The notes beneath the pieces are model-generated. The model had not been told where the DNA came from, made no database searches, and was given only the letters and a program-made list of their open reading frames with translations. The position numbers were made by a program, and so were the translations under genes. Positions 12,601 through 23,090 of a stretch of DNA of 64,000 nt are shown here, in pieces. Each line of letters opens with the position of its first letter. Within the stretch, counting starts at the first letter, position 1. This DNA comes from Azolla caroliniana (Eukaryota > Plantae > Polypodiophyta), in contig JBHGNT010000015.1 in the NCBI GenBank assembly GCA_043228905.1, forward strand, positions 1,860,001 through 1,924,000. The letters run 5' to 3'.

Positions 12601-13977
12601 TGGACTAGACAGCCACTATTCTGGAATCCTCATGTGCGAACGAATGACAACACGATGCTAGGGCAACTTAAGGGCCTAGCATGGGGAAAGTTGGCACAAA
12701 CAGGCCTCCTATCTATAGACGATTGGAGACGCATGGCTGATTCAGGAAGAGCCCAAGAGGACCTTTTCCCTCCCCTCAAGGGAGCTACGAAAATGCGGAG
12801 ACTGATAGCTGAGGCAGTTGACAGGGTTCCGATGGGGGAGGCGAGAGAACATGCATGGTTCGGTCTCTTTGACGAGGCTGGAATGGTCAAGTCGCTAAAG
12901 GGCATGAGCGGATCGGGGAGTGATACAGTTTTTGGGGACAGCCAGAGCAGCGGCTCTTGGCACCCAATCCGAGTGGTGGCATAGATTGATAACATCTGGA
13001 AGACAGACCCGGATGTTGCTAAGGTGGAACCCCATTGGAGGTTAAGGGTATACGGTTGTCGCCCCCTTGTCGATCTGGATTGGGACCCCGGGGATTTCAG
13101 ATGGAAACATGACGATAGACTCCACCACTTCTTTGATTACACCACTAAATTGGGTCGGACTTTGCAACTGCAGCGAGGCGGCCCCCTTCGCAACGGCTGG
13201 CGAACATTGGGCATCCCCGATGAGGCGCTCATTGCCTTTTGGAAGGGTCTTTGGCGTCTCCACATGCCTGAAAAGATTAAGCTCTTTTGGTGGCAGATCG
13301 GTCATAATGTGGTGCCCGTTGGCGAATGGTTAGATAAACGTGGCGGCCCGTTAGGCTGCCCACTGTGCTCTCTACCTATTGAGTCTCTGAGACATTGTTT
13401 GTGGGATTGCCCTCAAGCTCAAAAGGTATGGGATAGAGTGACTCGCCTCCTTGTGGCATGTGAAGTTGAAGGAACAGCCTCGTGGAGCGCTGCGGCATGG
13501 ATTGATCACTCGGTCGAAGGGTGGACGGACGCCGTCAATGCGGATAGTTGGTGCTATGTATGCACGAGAGGCAAAATCGTCAAGATCCGTTTTGAAAGAG
13601 GCTTGCAGCCCGCATCCCCTAAGTTTCCGAAAATCTGGATGTTGATCGCAGGTTTCACCTTGTGGTATATATGGAAAGCGCGTTGCCTCAAGGTCTTCCA
13701 AGGTACGGTACGGCCCCCGGAGGAAGTGATCATGGACATATGGTTCGCGCTTATCAGCTGCCTACGAGGGCAACTGGAAGAGGTTTGCAGCCACTCCAAC
13801 GACGTGACCACTGCCCGTTTGCGCTTTTGGCAGAAATGGCGAAACACACCTATGGTGATGCAAGGCGGGAGTGGCCCGAGGTGGAACTACCAGCCCCCAC
13901 GTTGGTTGTTTCCTATTCACCTGCCACCCTCTCTTCGGTGTAGGCCCCAAGAGCCGACTCGTACGAGGCAACATTGA
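9664..13977 (+). pseudogene. LINE ORF2 (APE endonuclease - reverse transcriptase - zf-RVT), interrupted by three in-frame TAG codons
   Basis: MRILTWNVQG, LLLQEH, GDFN, RLDRIY, SDH; RT motifs PGPDG, WRPITILN, LDFEKAYD, RQGCPL, YADD; zf-RVT CPLC...ESLRHCLWDC. ORF pieces starting 9664, 9955, 10522 and 13024 share one frame; stops at 9871, 10513, 12982. Confidence 0.92.
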
Positions 13978-15427
13978 AGGGCATCGCCTTGGATATAGGT
14001 AGCTTCTTACATTAAGTTAGGCCGCAAGGCAATGTAAGTGGCTCATCTTCTTTGGCTTGATCGGAGGAAGTCTCCCCGATGTGTGTATAAATCTCCTTAT
14101 AGACTCTATGTAATAATCCTTCCTAACTAATGGGAAAGTAGCTTTACTTTGAAAAAAAAAAATAAAAATAAAATTCAAGTCAAGCCGATGCCACATTAGT
14201 ACTCAATTCAACTTTTGTAGATATGTTGTAATTTCATGTCTCTACCATCAACTACGAACACATTATACATACCTCAATTATGATGCATTCCCCAATATCG
14301 CAGAAATAGGAAAAATGATATCCATCTCCGAGTTTGGGTCAACCTCAGTGAATTATGCAAACACCCATAGTCTTGTCATCAAATAACAATGTGAAAATAC
14401 TTGCCAAATCAAAGAAATGTAACCCCAAATAAAATAAGCAAACCATACATTGTATGAAACGATGACTACTACATTCCACTTCAACAATGCAAAAGAAGCA
14501 ATTGGATATTGGTAGTCAACATCTCTTTAGAGCTATCCCAAAGGCAAAACCCTAATCAATACTCTTTAAATGATGACCTTTGCTTGAAGTGGTGATTTAG
14601 AAAGCCAACTAGGTTTAAAGGTCTGCCACCATCTACGTTCTAAGTACATATATTGTTTAGCATTAAATGATAGCCATAAAAAAGACTCAATGGATAGATG
14701 TTACAAGAGATGAGTAATCACTTGTAAAAACGACATCTGTCCCCATAAACGTTAATCAACCCATGGTTGCTATTCGTATTTTGTATAGGTGAACTTGAAT
14801 CAATATTATATTTTGTAGTTTGTATCAAGTTAACATAATTGAAAAAGATGCATAATAATAGTCTCACTTCAATAGACTCCAAAATCCTTTGAGATCAAGC
14901 CTCAATTACACCTCCCACCTATTTGACTCCCAAACGAAACAAGAGATTAAATGGATAGGGTAATCTCTCATTTCTAAGCCAACATAATAATCAAGTAGAC
15001 ACAAGTAACCCTTGTACAAAAAATTACAATGTTCTCTATTAGATGATAGTGCCCATAGATTGACACATGCGTGATATTCTCCATGCATGATATTCGCAAT
15101 ATTTGAGAATACGAAATGGTCTCAAGAATATTATAAAACCATTCATTACTCGACCATGCATCACTCATTCGTTTGCATTTGAATGGGAAACCCCACGAAT
15201 GCGAATATGTCAGTCTATGATAGTGCCCATATAAATAAGGTGTGTTTCATGCTCGTCTTGAAGGCCTGAAGAAAATGGATTTTTAAGTGCACTACTTCCA
15301 TTAAGTAATTGTCCCCACAATGCCTTAATCATTGTCCTCCCATGCTTTATTGCACCCTCCTCATTTACATATTGGACACACACACATGCTCTCTCTCCAT
15401 GCCTTATTGTCCGTGTCCTCATTTAAA

Positions 15428-15873
15428 TGTTATGCCTGGGCCGGACTAGCCACTAACACAGGGTGTCCTTCTAGATCACTTCACCAAAGGGGTGATTGCG
15501 GTAAGGATTTTCGACTCCTATAGGCTTCAACCGGTTAACGTCCGGTTGAGATCTGATTCACAACACATAGTGTTACACGAGTAAGATCAATACATTAAAC
15601 GCGGGATGGAATAAAGATCAGATAGACAATAATAACACGCTCTTATATTAATGTTCCGGCGTTCATACAATTATATCCGGATCCTTTTATAAGCATCCGG
15701 TCTGTGCTACAAAACAGTGCCTAATCGGCAAGCGGCTATGAATCGATCCGGATCCGAATCGGCATACCTCTTCCGGAACCGTCCGTTCCTAACATAATTC
15801 TTAGTTATTTAATTATACTCTAGGAACCAACTCACCTCTTCCTCCTTCCATACTTGGCCGCCACTGGCCAACA
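15428..15873 (-). repeat. 3' LTR of A1
   Basis: TGTTATGCC...GGCCAACA; homologous to 63530-63975, 35491-35935 and 57927-58375. Confidence 0.92.
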
Positions 15874-16116
15874 CATGGCACGCCCGTGGGACAATACATT
15901 GTACGTCGAACCCACGGGTTAGCTCCACTATTCTTCATCAAGTATGTCCATAATGCTTTGTTCAAGAGGTTCGAGGGTTCCTCGCTTTGCCACTCTTGCT
16001 CTGGCTGCTATTGCTGCTCCTCCTATGGCTGTTGTGGCTGCTCTGGCTCTTGTTGTTGTTGTTGTTTGTTGGGATTACGGTCCCTCCGGATGGGATGGTC
16101 AGGTGTCCGGGTATCG

Positions 16117-16222
16117 GAACCGGATGATGAAGACCACCCGGTTTCGGATCCGGATGATGAAGACCCGGTTTCGGATCCGGATGATGAAGACCCGGTTTCG
16201 GTTCCGGATGATGAAGACCCCG
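16117..16222 (+). repeat. 27-bp tandem repeat (CCGGTTTCGGATCCGGATGATGAAGAC), about 4 copies, in the Copia B LTR
   Basis: Directly visible; it recurs at 32285-32345. Confidence 0.85.
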
Positions 16223-16428
16223 GCTACGGAGCCGGATGACGAATGTACCCGGAGAGAGATCCGGATGCGGGGACATATTTGTGAATATGTTTGCCAAGGG
16301 CCCTCGAGGCTATACTTGTAAATAGCCCGAAAGTCATATGTGTATAAATATGACTTAAGGCAAACAGTTTTGTTGTTGTTGCTCATTTTTTTCTGTTTTC
16401 CACTTAGAGGGAGCGAAGTGAGAGCAGC

Positions 16429-16463
<35 letters not shown>

Positions 16464-17721
16464 GAGGTCGACGCCTCTGTGTAATACCGCCGCCTGTGGC
16501 GAGGACAGCGAGCTCAAGGTCGTCGCCTTGCAGCTCGCCATTGTACATTCCCTGCGTATAGTGATAGTTGGAGTCTTGCACTCCCGTGGTTTTTCCCGTC
16601 TAGGGTTTTCCACGCTAAATCCGGTGCATTCGAGTCTCTCTCTGTGTTTTTTGATTTACTTCTGCATTGATTCGTGTTTCCTCGGTTGTGGCCGAGAGGT
16701 GAAGGTTTTGGAAAGCGTCGATTTCCTAACAATCTGGTATCAGAGCGACTGCAGTGCAGAAAATGGAAGGCGGCAGCAGCGGGCAGCCGGGGATGATGGT
16801 GCTGAATGCGCAGAACTACGCCGACTGGAAGATAAAGATGGAGGATCTGCTCATTGTTCGGGACCTGTATGAACCGATCGACAGGTCGGAAATACCCAAG
16901 GGGGTACTTGAGACGGAATGGAGGCTTCTGAACCGGAAAGCCGTTGCAACCATTCGGCAATACGTTGACGTGAGCGTTCTACAACATGTGGCGAATGACA
17001 CCAACGCATATGAGATGTGGCGGAAGCTGTCGGGCCTCTACGAGAGGAAGAATGCGTTGAACCGGACCTCCCTGATGAGGAAGATAGTGAACCTCAAGTA
17101 CCGGGACGGCGAGAGTATGGTGGAACACGTAAGCACGTTCATGGGATTCGTGAACCAACTTGCGGCGATCAAGTTCCCGTTGGAGGATGCAATGCAAGCC
17201 ATCATGCTGATGTGTACATTGCCGGAAAGCTGGGAGAACTTGGTGGTGACTCTCAGCACCTCCTGCACCGAAGATAACTTGTCCTTACAAACGGTAAAGA
17301 CAAGCATTTTGAACGAAGAAGCGCGTCGGAGAGATAAAGAACCGGCCTCCGATCCGAAGATGCTGCTTACCGAATCGGATCGGGGAAGACAACGGAACCG
17401 GAGTCCGCAAAGACGGGAGAAGTCGGGGACCCGGTCGCAGTCAAGAGGAAGGCCCACATGCTTCCACTGTGGGAAGCCAGGGCACTTCCGAAAGAATTGT
17501 CGGCATTACCGAAAAGACAACGGAGCCGACGACACCGATTCGAAGAAGTCTTCGGAACGGAACGGTGCTTACCGGGGAGCCACGGACCGGAATGGTTCGG
17601 ATCGGCGAGGGCAGGACCGGAAAGGAACGACGACACTCGCGGCAAGTGAAGAGGAGATCATGCTCATCACCGAAGAAGGTGAACTAAACATTGCCGGCGA
17701 TGAGACTACCTGGGTGGTCGA

Positions 17722-17894
17722 TGTCGAATACATGTGTATAATGGACGTATTCACACTATCCCGTTTTGGCCATTTATGTAATTAGCATAAAGGGTAGTTG
17801 CCCTAAGTCGGTCACTATATATAGTGACCTTGTAACCTTTTTGTAAGGTTGGATGTTGTATTATTGCTTTATGGAATAAGAAAGTCTTTTGTGC

Positions 17895-17926
<32 letters not shown>

Positions 17927-20900
17927 GTGCAACGACCTACAAACTGTCATACGCAGGTATTCAACAGCAATCGAATGCTTCTTGATCTTCCGCACAGACG
18001 ACTTTGTCTCCAACATCTGGTATCAGAGCCTGCACAGTAGTCGGTCCTTCAATCCGCTGTCGGCCGTCGTCTCAGCATTCGGTTTCCTGCGTCATTCGAA
18101 AAAGAGAGAAGAAGAAGAAAAACGAGGCCTGCATCTCATCGCGTTAGATCATCTTTGCTTGGAGTAAGCCAGCAGGTTGTACTCCGTTCCTTGTGATCGT
18201 AACCGCTCGAGGTGAAATCCCCTTGTGCAACATTGACAACAACCCAAATTCGTGCTTCATCTGGCTGATCGACATTCGGGAGGATCAGTTGGATCCGTCT
18301 CTCTCGTTGCTGCAGTCACCCGAAGCAGAATCGGTCCAGATAATCGGTTTCAATAATCGGTATTCGGCATATATATCCGAAGCGAACCGGGCTCACTCCG
18401 ACTCGGCAACATTCGGGAAGACCAGTCGGTTCTGTCCCTCAAGTTACCGGAGTCAATTCGAGCAAGTTCCGAAGCCGAACCGACTCGGGTTCAAATCCGA
18501 CTAGAGCGATATCGGGTGAGCCAACCGGCTGCACTCCAACAAGGCTCGTAGTCAACTCCGAACCGAGCTTTGTCAACCAAAACCGAACTTGATGGCATCA
18601 ACATCCGGCTCGTCAGAAATGAGTCTACGAAAGTTCGATGGATCGAACTTCAACTTCTGGAAGGAACAAATGCAGGACTATCTCATAGTCAAGGGGCAAA
18701 TCGATCCCATCGAAAATGAAGAACCTCCAGAAGGATACAAACCAATTGAGTGGCAGAAGCTGGACAGAATTGTCCGCGCCACGATTCGGATGCACCTATC
18801 GGAATCGGTATACTTTACGGTGCAATCGTGTACGACAACATTCGAACTGTGGAAAACACTGTCGGACACTTACGAAAAGAAGGTCGCCGCAACGAAGATG
18901 TTTCTGATCCGGCGCCTCTACAACTTGCGGATGAAAGAATCCGATTCGGTTCAAGCACACCTCAATGAGTACGAAAGCATAAGCTCCCAAATCTCGTCAC
19001 AGGGGACGGCGATCGAGGATGAACTCAGAGCAATGATACTCATGAGCAGCCTTCCCTCATCATGGGAAACTTTCGTCACAACCGTGTGCAACGCGTCAAC
19101 CACGGCTGTTAAATACTCCGAAGTCACGAGCGCAATCCTGACCGAAGCAGCTCGGAGAAAGTCTTTCGCCAAAGACTCAACAGACGACGCTTATGTAGTA
19201 CAAGGTTCGACAGACCGATCGAACATACGAGGAAGAGATTCCTCACGGCCGCCGAACAATCAGCGAAGACGGAGCCAGTCACGGGATAACCGAATCTGCA
19301 ACTATTGCAAGAAACCCGGACACATCAAAGCCGACTGCCGCGCACTCAAGAACAAGAACAACAAGAAGAGTGGCCGGCATGAGGAGATCAATTACGTCAG
19401 CTTCTCAGCTGATGTACTACCGGACGACCCGAATATACTATCAATCGAAAATCCAGTCGGATCAGAAGTTCTACTCACGACTGAAGAATCGAGCACATGG
19501 CTCTTAGATTCGGGCGCGTCATTTCACGTGACTCCTCATCGATCCCAATTTCGGCAATATACGATCCGTCACTCCGACTCAGTTCGAGTCGGCAACTCAC
19601 AACACTGTGACATCATCGGAATCGGCACAGTAGAGCTCAACCTTGCAGGTGGCTCTACACTTGTACTCCACAATGTCCGACATGTACCCGAGCTCTCAAG
19701 GCCATTGATCTCAGTCGGACAACTAGATGAAGACGGCATTCGTGCCGGTTTTTCTTCGGGAGGGTGGACACTCCACAGGGGGAACCTCCTGCTTGCTAGA
19801 GGACCCAAGATACACTCATTGTATCCGTTACATGTTACGCTCAGAGAGGGTAACCTGTTTTTGGTGGATATTCCTGTGTCATCACTATGGCACCGAAGAT
19901 TAGGACACCTCAGCAAGGCCGGCATCACGCACCTATCTAGAGCCGGATACATCCCCAAACTCTCCTTCTCGGACCATCAATTCTGCGAGCATTGCCAGTA
20001 TGGCAAACAAGCAGCCGCATCACACCCGACATCAGCACCAAGAGAAACGAGACCTCTCGATTTGGTCCACTCGGACGTCTGTGGCCCAATGCCGCATCAG
20101 TCTCTCGGCGGTGCCTCTTACTTCGTCACTTTTATTGACGATTCGACTCGAAAGGTGTGGGCTTATCCAATTCGCACCAAAGATCGGGTCTTCTCGATCT
20201 TCACCGATTGGCTCGCTATGGTAGAAAATCAAACCGACCGAAAGCTGAAATGCTTTCGGACAGACAATGGGGGAGAGTTTAAATCCGAAGAATTCGTCAA
20301 ATTCTGCCGACAACGCGGCATCCGACGTGAATTTACGGCACCACACAGTCCGGAGCAAAACGGGATTGCCGAACGCATGAATCGGACAATCCAAGAACGG
20401 ATAGTTTCCATGCTCCAACACTCCGGACTGTCGGATGGCTTCTGGGCAGAGGCTCTACTCACGGCAGTACACATAATCAATATGTCGCCAAGTAGACCTC
20501 TAGGACTTCAAATTCCTCAGGAACTATGGATCGGCAGTAAGCCGAATTACGACAAGCTGAGGATCTTCGGATGCGAGGCGTACGCCCTTATTCCGAAAGA
20601 TGATCGCCGAAAACTTGCACCTCGGTCCAGGAAATGCATTTTCCTTGGATATGGATCCGACGGCGAAATGGGATACCGACTCTGGGACCCCGAACGCAGA
20701 CAAATCGTTCGAAGTTCGGACGTTGTGTTCAACGAGTCGGCTATGAATCCATCAGTCGAAAAACCGATCGAAGTCCGAAGGGTAACATTTTCCGATGTGC
20801 CGACCCTTCAAGAAGGCCCCGCTCTCAACACACGGTCAGCTTCACGGGTAGCTGAACCTTACACTACCGACTCGGACAACCCCGACTCGGCACAGCAGAA

Positions 20901-23090
20901 CAATCCGCTTTCGGACCATCCGACCTTGATACCCGATGCGACCAGTCCAATCATACCTCGACGATCCGAGAGACTGTCGCAACCTCCGGAGAGGTATTCT
21001 CCTGGAATTTTCTTCACCGACGCCGGCGAACCGACGTCTTACGAAGAAGTATCGACTTCTGTCGATTCAGCCACCTGGCATCTGGCGATGGAGTCGGAAA
21101 TGCACTCCATTCGGGCAAACAAGACCTGGGATCTGGTCGAATTACCTAAGAATCGACGTGCTCTTCCTTGCAAGTGGGTTTATCGACTAAAAGAGACGTC
21201 TGATTCGACCACCCCAAAGTACAAGGCCAGATTAGTTGCGAAGGGCTTCCGACAAGAATATGGCGTCGACTTCGACGAGATTTTTTCACCAGTGGTGAAA
21301 ATGACAACCCTCCGTTTTCTACTCGGCGTAGTGGCAGCCGACAACTTGGAGCTGATTCAGCTAGATGTCAAAACAGCATTCCTCCATGGTGATCTTGACG
21401 AGGAAATTTATATGGAGCAGCCAAAAGGCTTCGTGGCAACTGGCCAAGAACATCTAGTCTGCCGACTCAGGAAGAGTCTATACGGCCTCAAACAGGCACC
21501 GCGACAATGGTACAAGAAGTTCGACGACTTCATCCAATCGATCGGCTTCTCAAAAAGCGATGAGGACCATTGTCTCTTTACCAACACAGCTCAAGATGGA
21601 TCACCCATCTTCCTCATCATTTACGTGGACGACATGCTAATTTCTGGACGCCACGCGGGCGAACTTGCCGATCTCATTCGGCAACTGCGGTTGAAGTTTG
21701 CCATGAAGGACCTCGGTCCGGCACGACACATACTCGGCATGAAAATTAGTCGGCATCGCGATAAACGACATCTTTTTCTGTCTCAGACCGACTATATCCG
21801 ACGTGTCTTAGAACGCTTCAACATGCAATCAGCCAAATCTGCTTCAACCCCGCTCCCCATGAATCTTCGGCTCTCTCAGCGAGACTGCCCGACATCCGGT
21901 CCGGAGGGGGAAGATATGAAGTCGGTACCGTATGCACCGGCAGTCGGCTCCCTTATGTACCTGATGGTCGCGACACGGCCTGATATTTCTCACGCCGTAG
22001 GAGTCGTTAGCAGATTTATGCACAATCCTGGCCGATCGCATTGGAACGCAGTCAAGCATGTGTTAAGATATCTGGCTGGCACAAAAGACCACGACATTCT
22101 TTTCGGTCCGAACCGAACCTCAGGCGTAGTCGGTTACACCGACTCGGACTTCGCCGGCTGTATAGACAGTCGGAAATCAACAACCGGATACTGCTTCAAA
22201 TTCGGCAATGGAGCAATCTCGTGGAAGTCGAAACTTCAGGAGTGCACAGCGACCTCAACGACCGAAGCAGAATATGTAGCTGCGTCCGACGCAGCAAAAG
22301 AAGCTTTGTGGCTCGGTCGGCTGGCGCACACGTTTCGACAAGTCGACCATGACTCGGCTCCAGTTGTCTACAGCGACAGTCAAGGTGCTGTTGCCTTGTC
22401 GAAAAATCCGGTTCACCACAACGCCTCCAAACATATCGACGTTCGATATCACTTCGTTCGGGACTGCGTCATTTCAGGGAAAATCGGTCTAGAGAAAATA
22501 TCCACAACCGACAATGTCGCAGATGGAATGACCAAGTGTCTTTCGGCAGACCGTTTTCGGTCTCTTCGGCATCAGATGGGCGTAACGACAAACCAGTCCG
22601 GTTAGAGCCGGACACAGAGTAGGATGGTTTCCGACAACCGACATCAGTTCCTTAATGATCGGCTTCAACTGTTCCGACCCGACCAGTTCGGTCTTCTGCC
22701 TTCGGACCCTGCCGACTCGAACAAAGCTGATATGTCCGAGAACCTAAGTCTATACCTGTAATCTTAGATAACCCATGTATACGCCCATTACGGGGGAGTG
22801 TCGAATACATGTGTATAATGGACGTATTCACACTATCCCGTTTTGGCCATTTATGTAATTAGCATAAAGGGTAGTTGCCCTAAGTCGGTCACTATATATA
22901 GTGACCTTGTAACCTTTTTGTAAGGTTGGATGTTGTATTATTGCTTTATGGAATAAGAAAGTCTTTTGTGCCTCTCTGTCTCTGTCTCTCTCTCTCTCTC
23001 TGTGCAACGACCTACAAACTGTCATACGCAGGTATTCAATAGCAATCGAATGCTTCTTGATCTTCCGCACAGACGACTTTGTCTCCAACA
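17722..23090 (+). mobile_element. Ty1/Copia element C, structurally intact
   Basis: LTRs 17722-18015 and 22799-23090 are nearly identical; PBS TGGTATCAGAGCC at 18018; PPT GGGGGAG; TSD GTCGA. Confidence 0.95.
18592..22605 (+). CDS. Copia C gag-pol polyprotein (GAG, CCHC, protease, integrase, RT, RNase H)
   Basis: Uninterrupted ~1337-aa ORF with CNYCKKPGHIKADC, WLLDSGAS, HSDVCGP, YVDD, GYTDSD and KHIDVRYHF. Confidence 0.95.
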   Translation: MASTSGSSEMSLRKFDGSNFNFWKEQMQDYLIVKGQIDPIENEEPPEGYKPIEWQKLDRIVRATIRMHLSESVYFTVQSCTTTFELWKTLSDTYEKKVAATKMFLIRRLYNLRMKESDSVQAHLNEYESISSQISSQGTAIEDELRAMILMSSLPSSWETFVTTVCNASTTAVKYSEVTSAILTEAARRKSFAKDSTDDAYVVQGSTDRSNIRGRDSSRPPNNQRRRSQSRDNRICNYCKKPGHIKADCRALKNKNNKKSGRHEEINYVSFSADVLPDDPNILSIENPVGSEVLLTTEESSTWLLDSGASFHVTPHRSQFRQYTIRHSDSVRVGNSQHCDIIGIGTVELNLAGGSTLVLHNVRHVPELSRPLISVGQLDEDGIRAGFSSGGWTLHRGNLLLARGPKIHSLYPLHVTLREGNLFLVDIPVSSLWHRRLGHLSKAGITHLSRAGYIPKLSFSDHQFCEHCQYGKQAAASHPTSAPRETRPLDLVHSDVCGPMPHQSLGGASYFVTFIDDSTRKVWAYPIRTKDRVFSIFTDWLAMVENQTDRKLKCFRTDNGGEFKSEEFVKFCRQRGIRREFTAPHSPEQNGIAERMNRTIQERIVSMLQHSGLSDGFWAEALLTAVHIINMSPSRPLGLQIPQELWIGSKPNYDKLRIFGCEAYALIPKDDRRKLAPRSRKCIFLGYGSDGEMGYRLWDPERRQIVRSSDVVFNESAMNPSVEKPIEVRRVTFSDVPTLQEGPALNTRSASRVAEPYTTDSDNPDSAQQNNPLSDHPTLIPDATSPIIPRRSERLSQPPERYSPGIFFTDAGEPTSYEEVSTSVDSATWHLAMESEMHSIRANKTWDLVELPKNRRALPCKWVYRLKETSDSTTPKYKARLVAKGFRQEYGVDFDEIFSPVVKMTTLRFLLGVVAADNLELIQLDVKTAFLHGDLDEEIYMEQPKGFVATGQEHLVCRLRKSLYGLKQAPRQWYKKFDDFIQSIGFSKSDEDHCLFTNTAQDGSPIFLIIYVDDMLISGRHAGELADLIRQLRLKFAMKDLGPARHILGMKISRHRDKRHLFLSQTDYIRRVLERFNMQSAKSASTPLPMNLRLSQRDCPTSGPEGEDMKSVPYAPAVGSLMYLMVATRPDISHAVGVVSRFMHNPGRSHWNAVKHVLRYLAGTKDHDILFGPNRTSGVVGYTDSDFAGCIDSRKSTTGYCFKFGNGAISWKSKLQECTATSTTEAEYVAASDAAKEALWLGRLAHTFRQVDHDSAPVVYSDSQGAVALSKNPVHHNASKHIDVRYHFVRDCVISGKIGLEKISTTDNVADGMTKCLSADRFRSLRHQMGVTTNQSG

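Larger units (their letters stand above)
7906..14173 (+). mobile_element. Full-length L1-clade LINE (LINE-1)
   Basis: TSD TTCAAGTCAAGCCG at 7892-7905 and 14174-14187; A-rich tail at ~14152-14173; ORF1 and ORF2 present. Confidence 0.93.

Noticed and set aside
9871-12984. Stop-codon readthrough or U-to-C editing rescuing the LINE ORF2 TAG codons
   Set aside because: U-to-C editing in ferns and hornworts is organellar; methyl-C deamination explains the stops and is seen throughout the window.
14190-15420. AT-rich spacer with small ORFs
   Set aside because: No motifs or structure that I can identify.
16117-16222. 27-bp repeats as a CRISPR-like array
   Set aside because: Head-to-tail repeats with no unique spacers, inside a Copia LTR in eukaryotic DNA.
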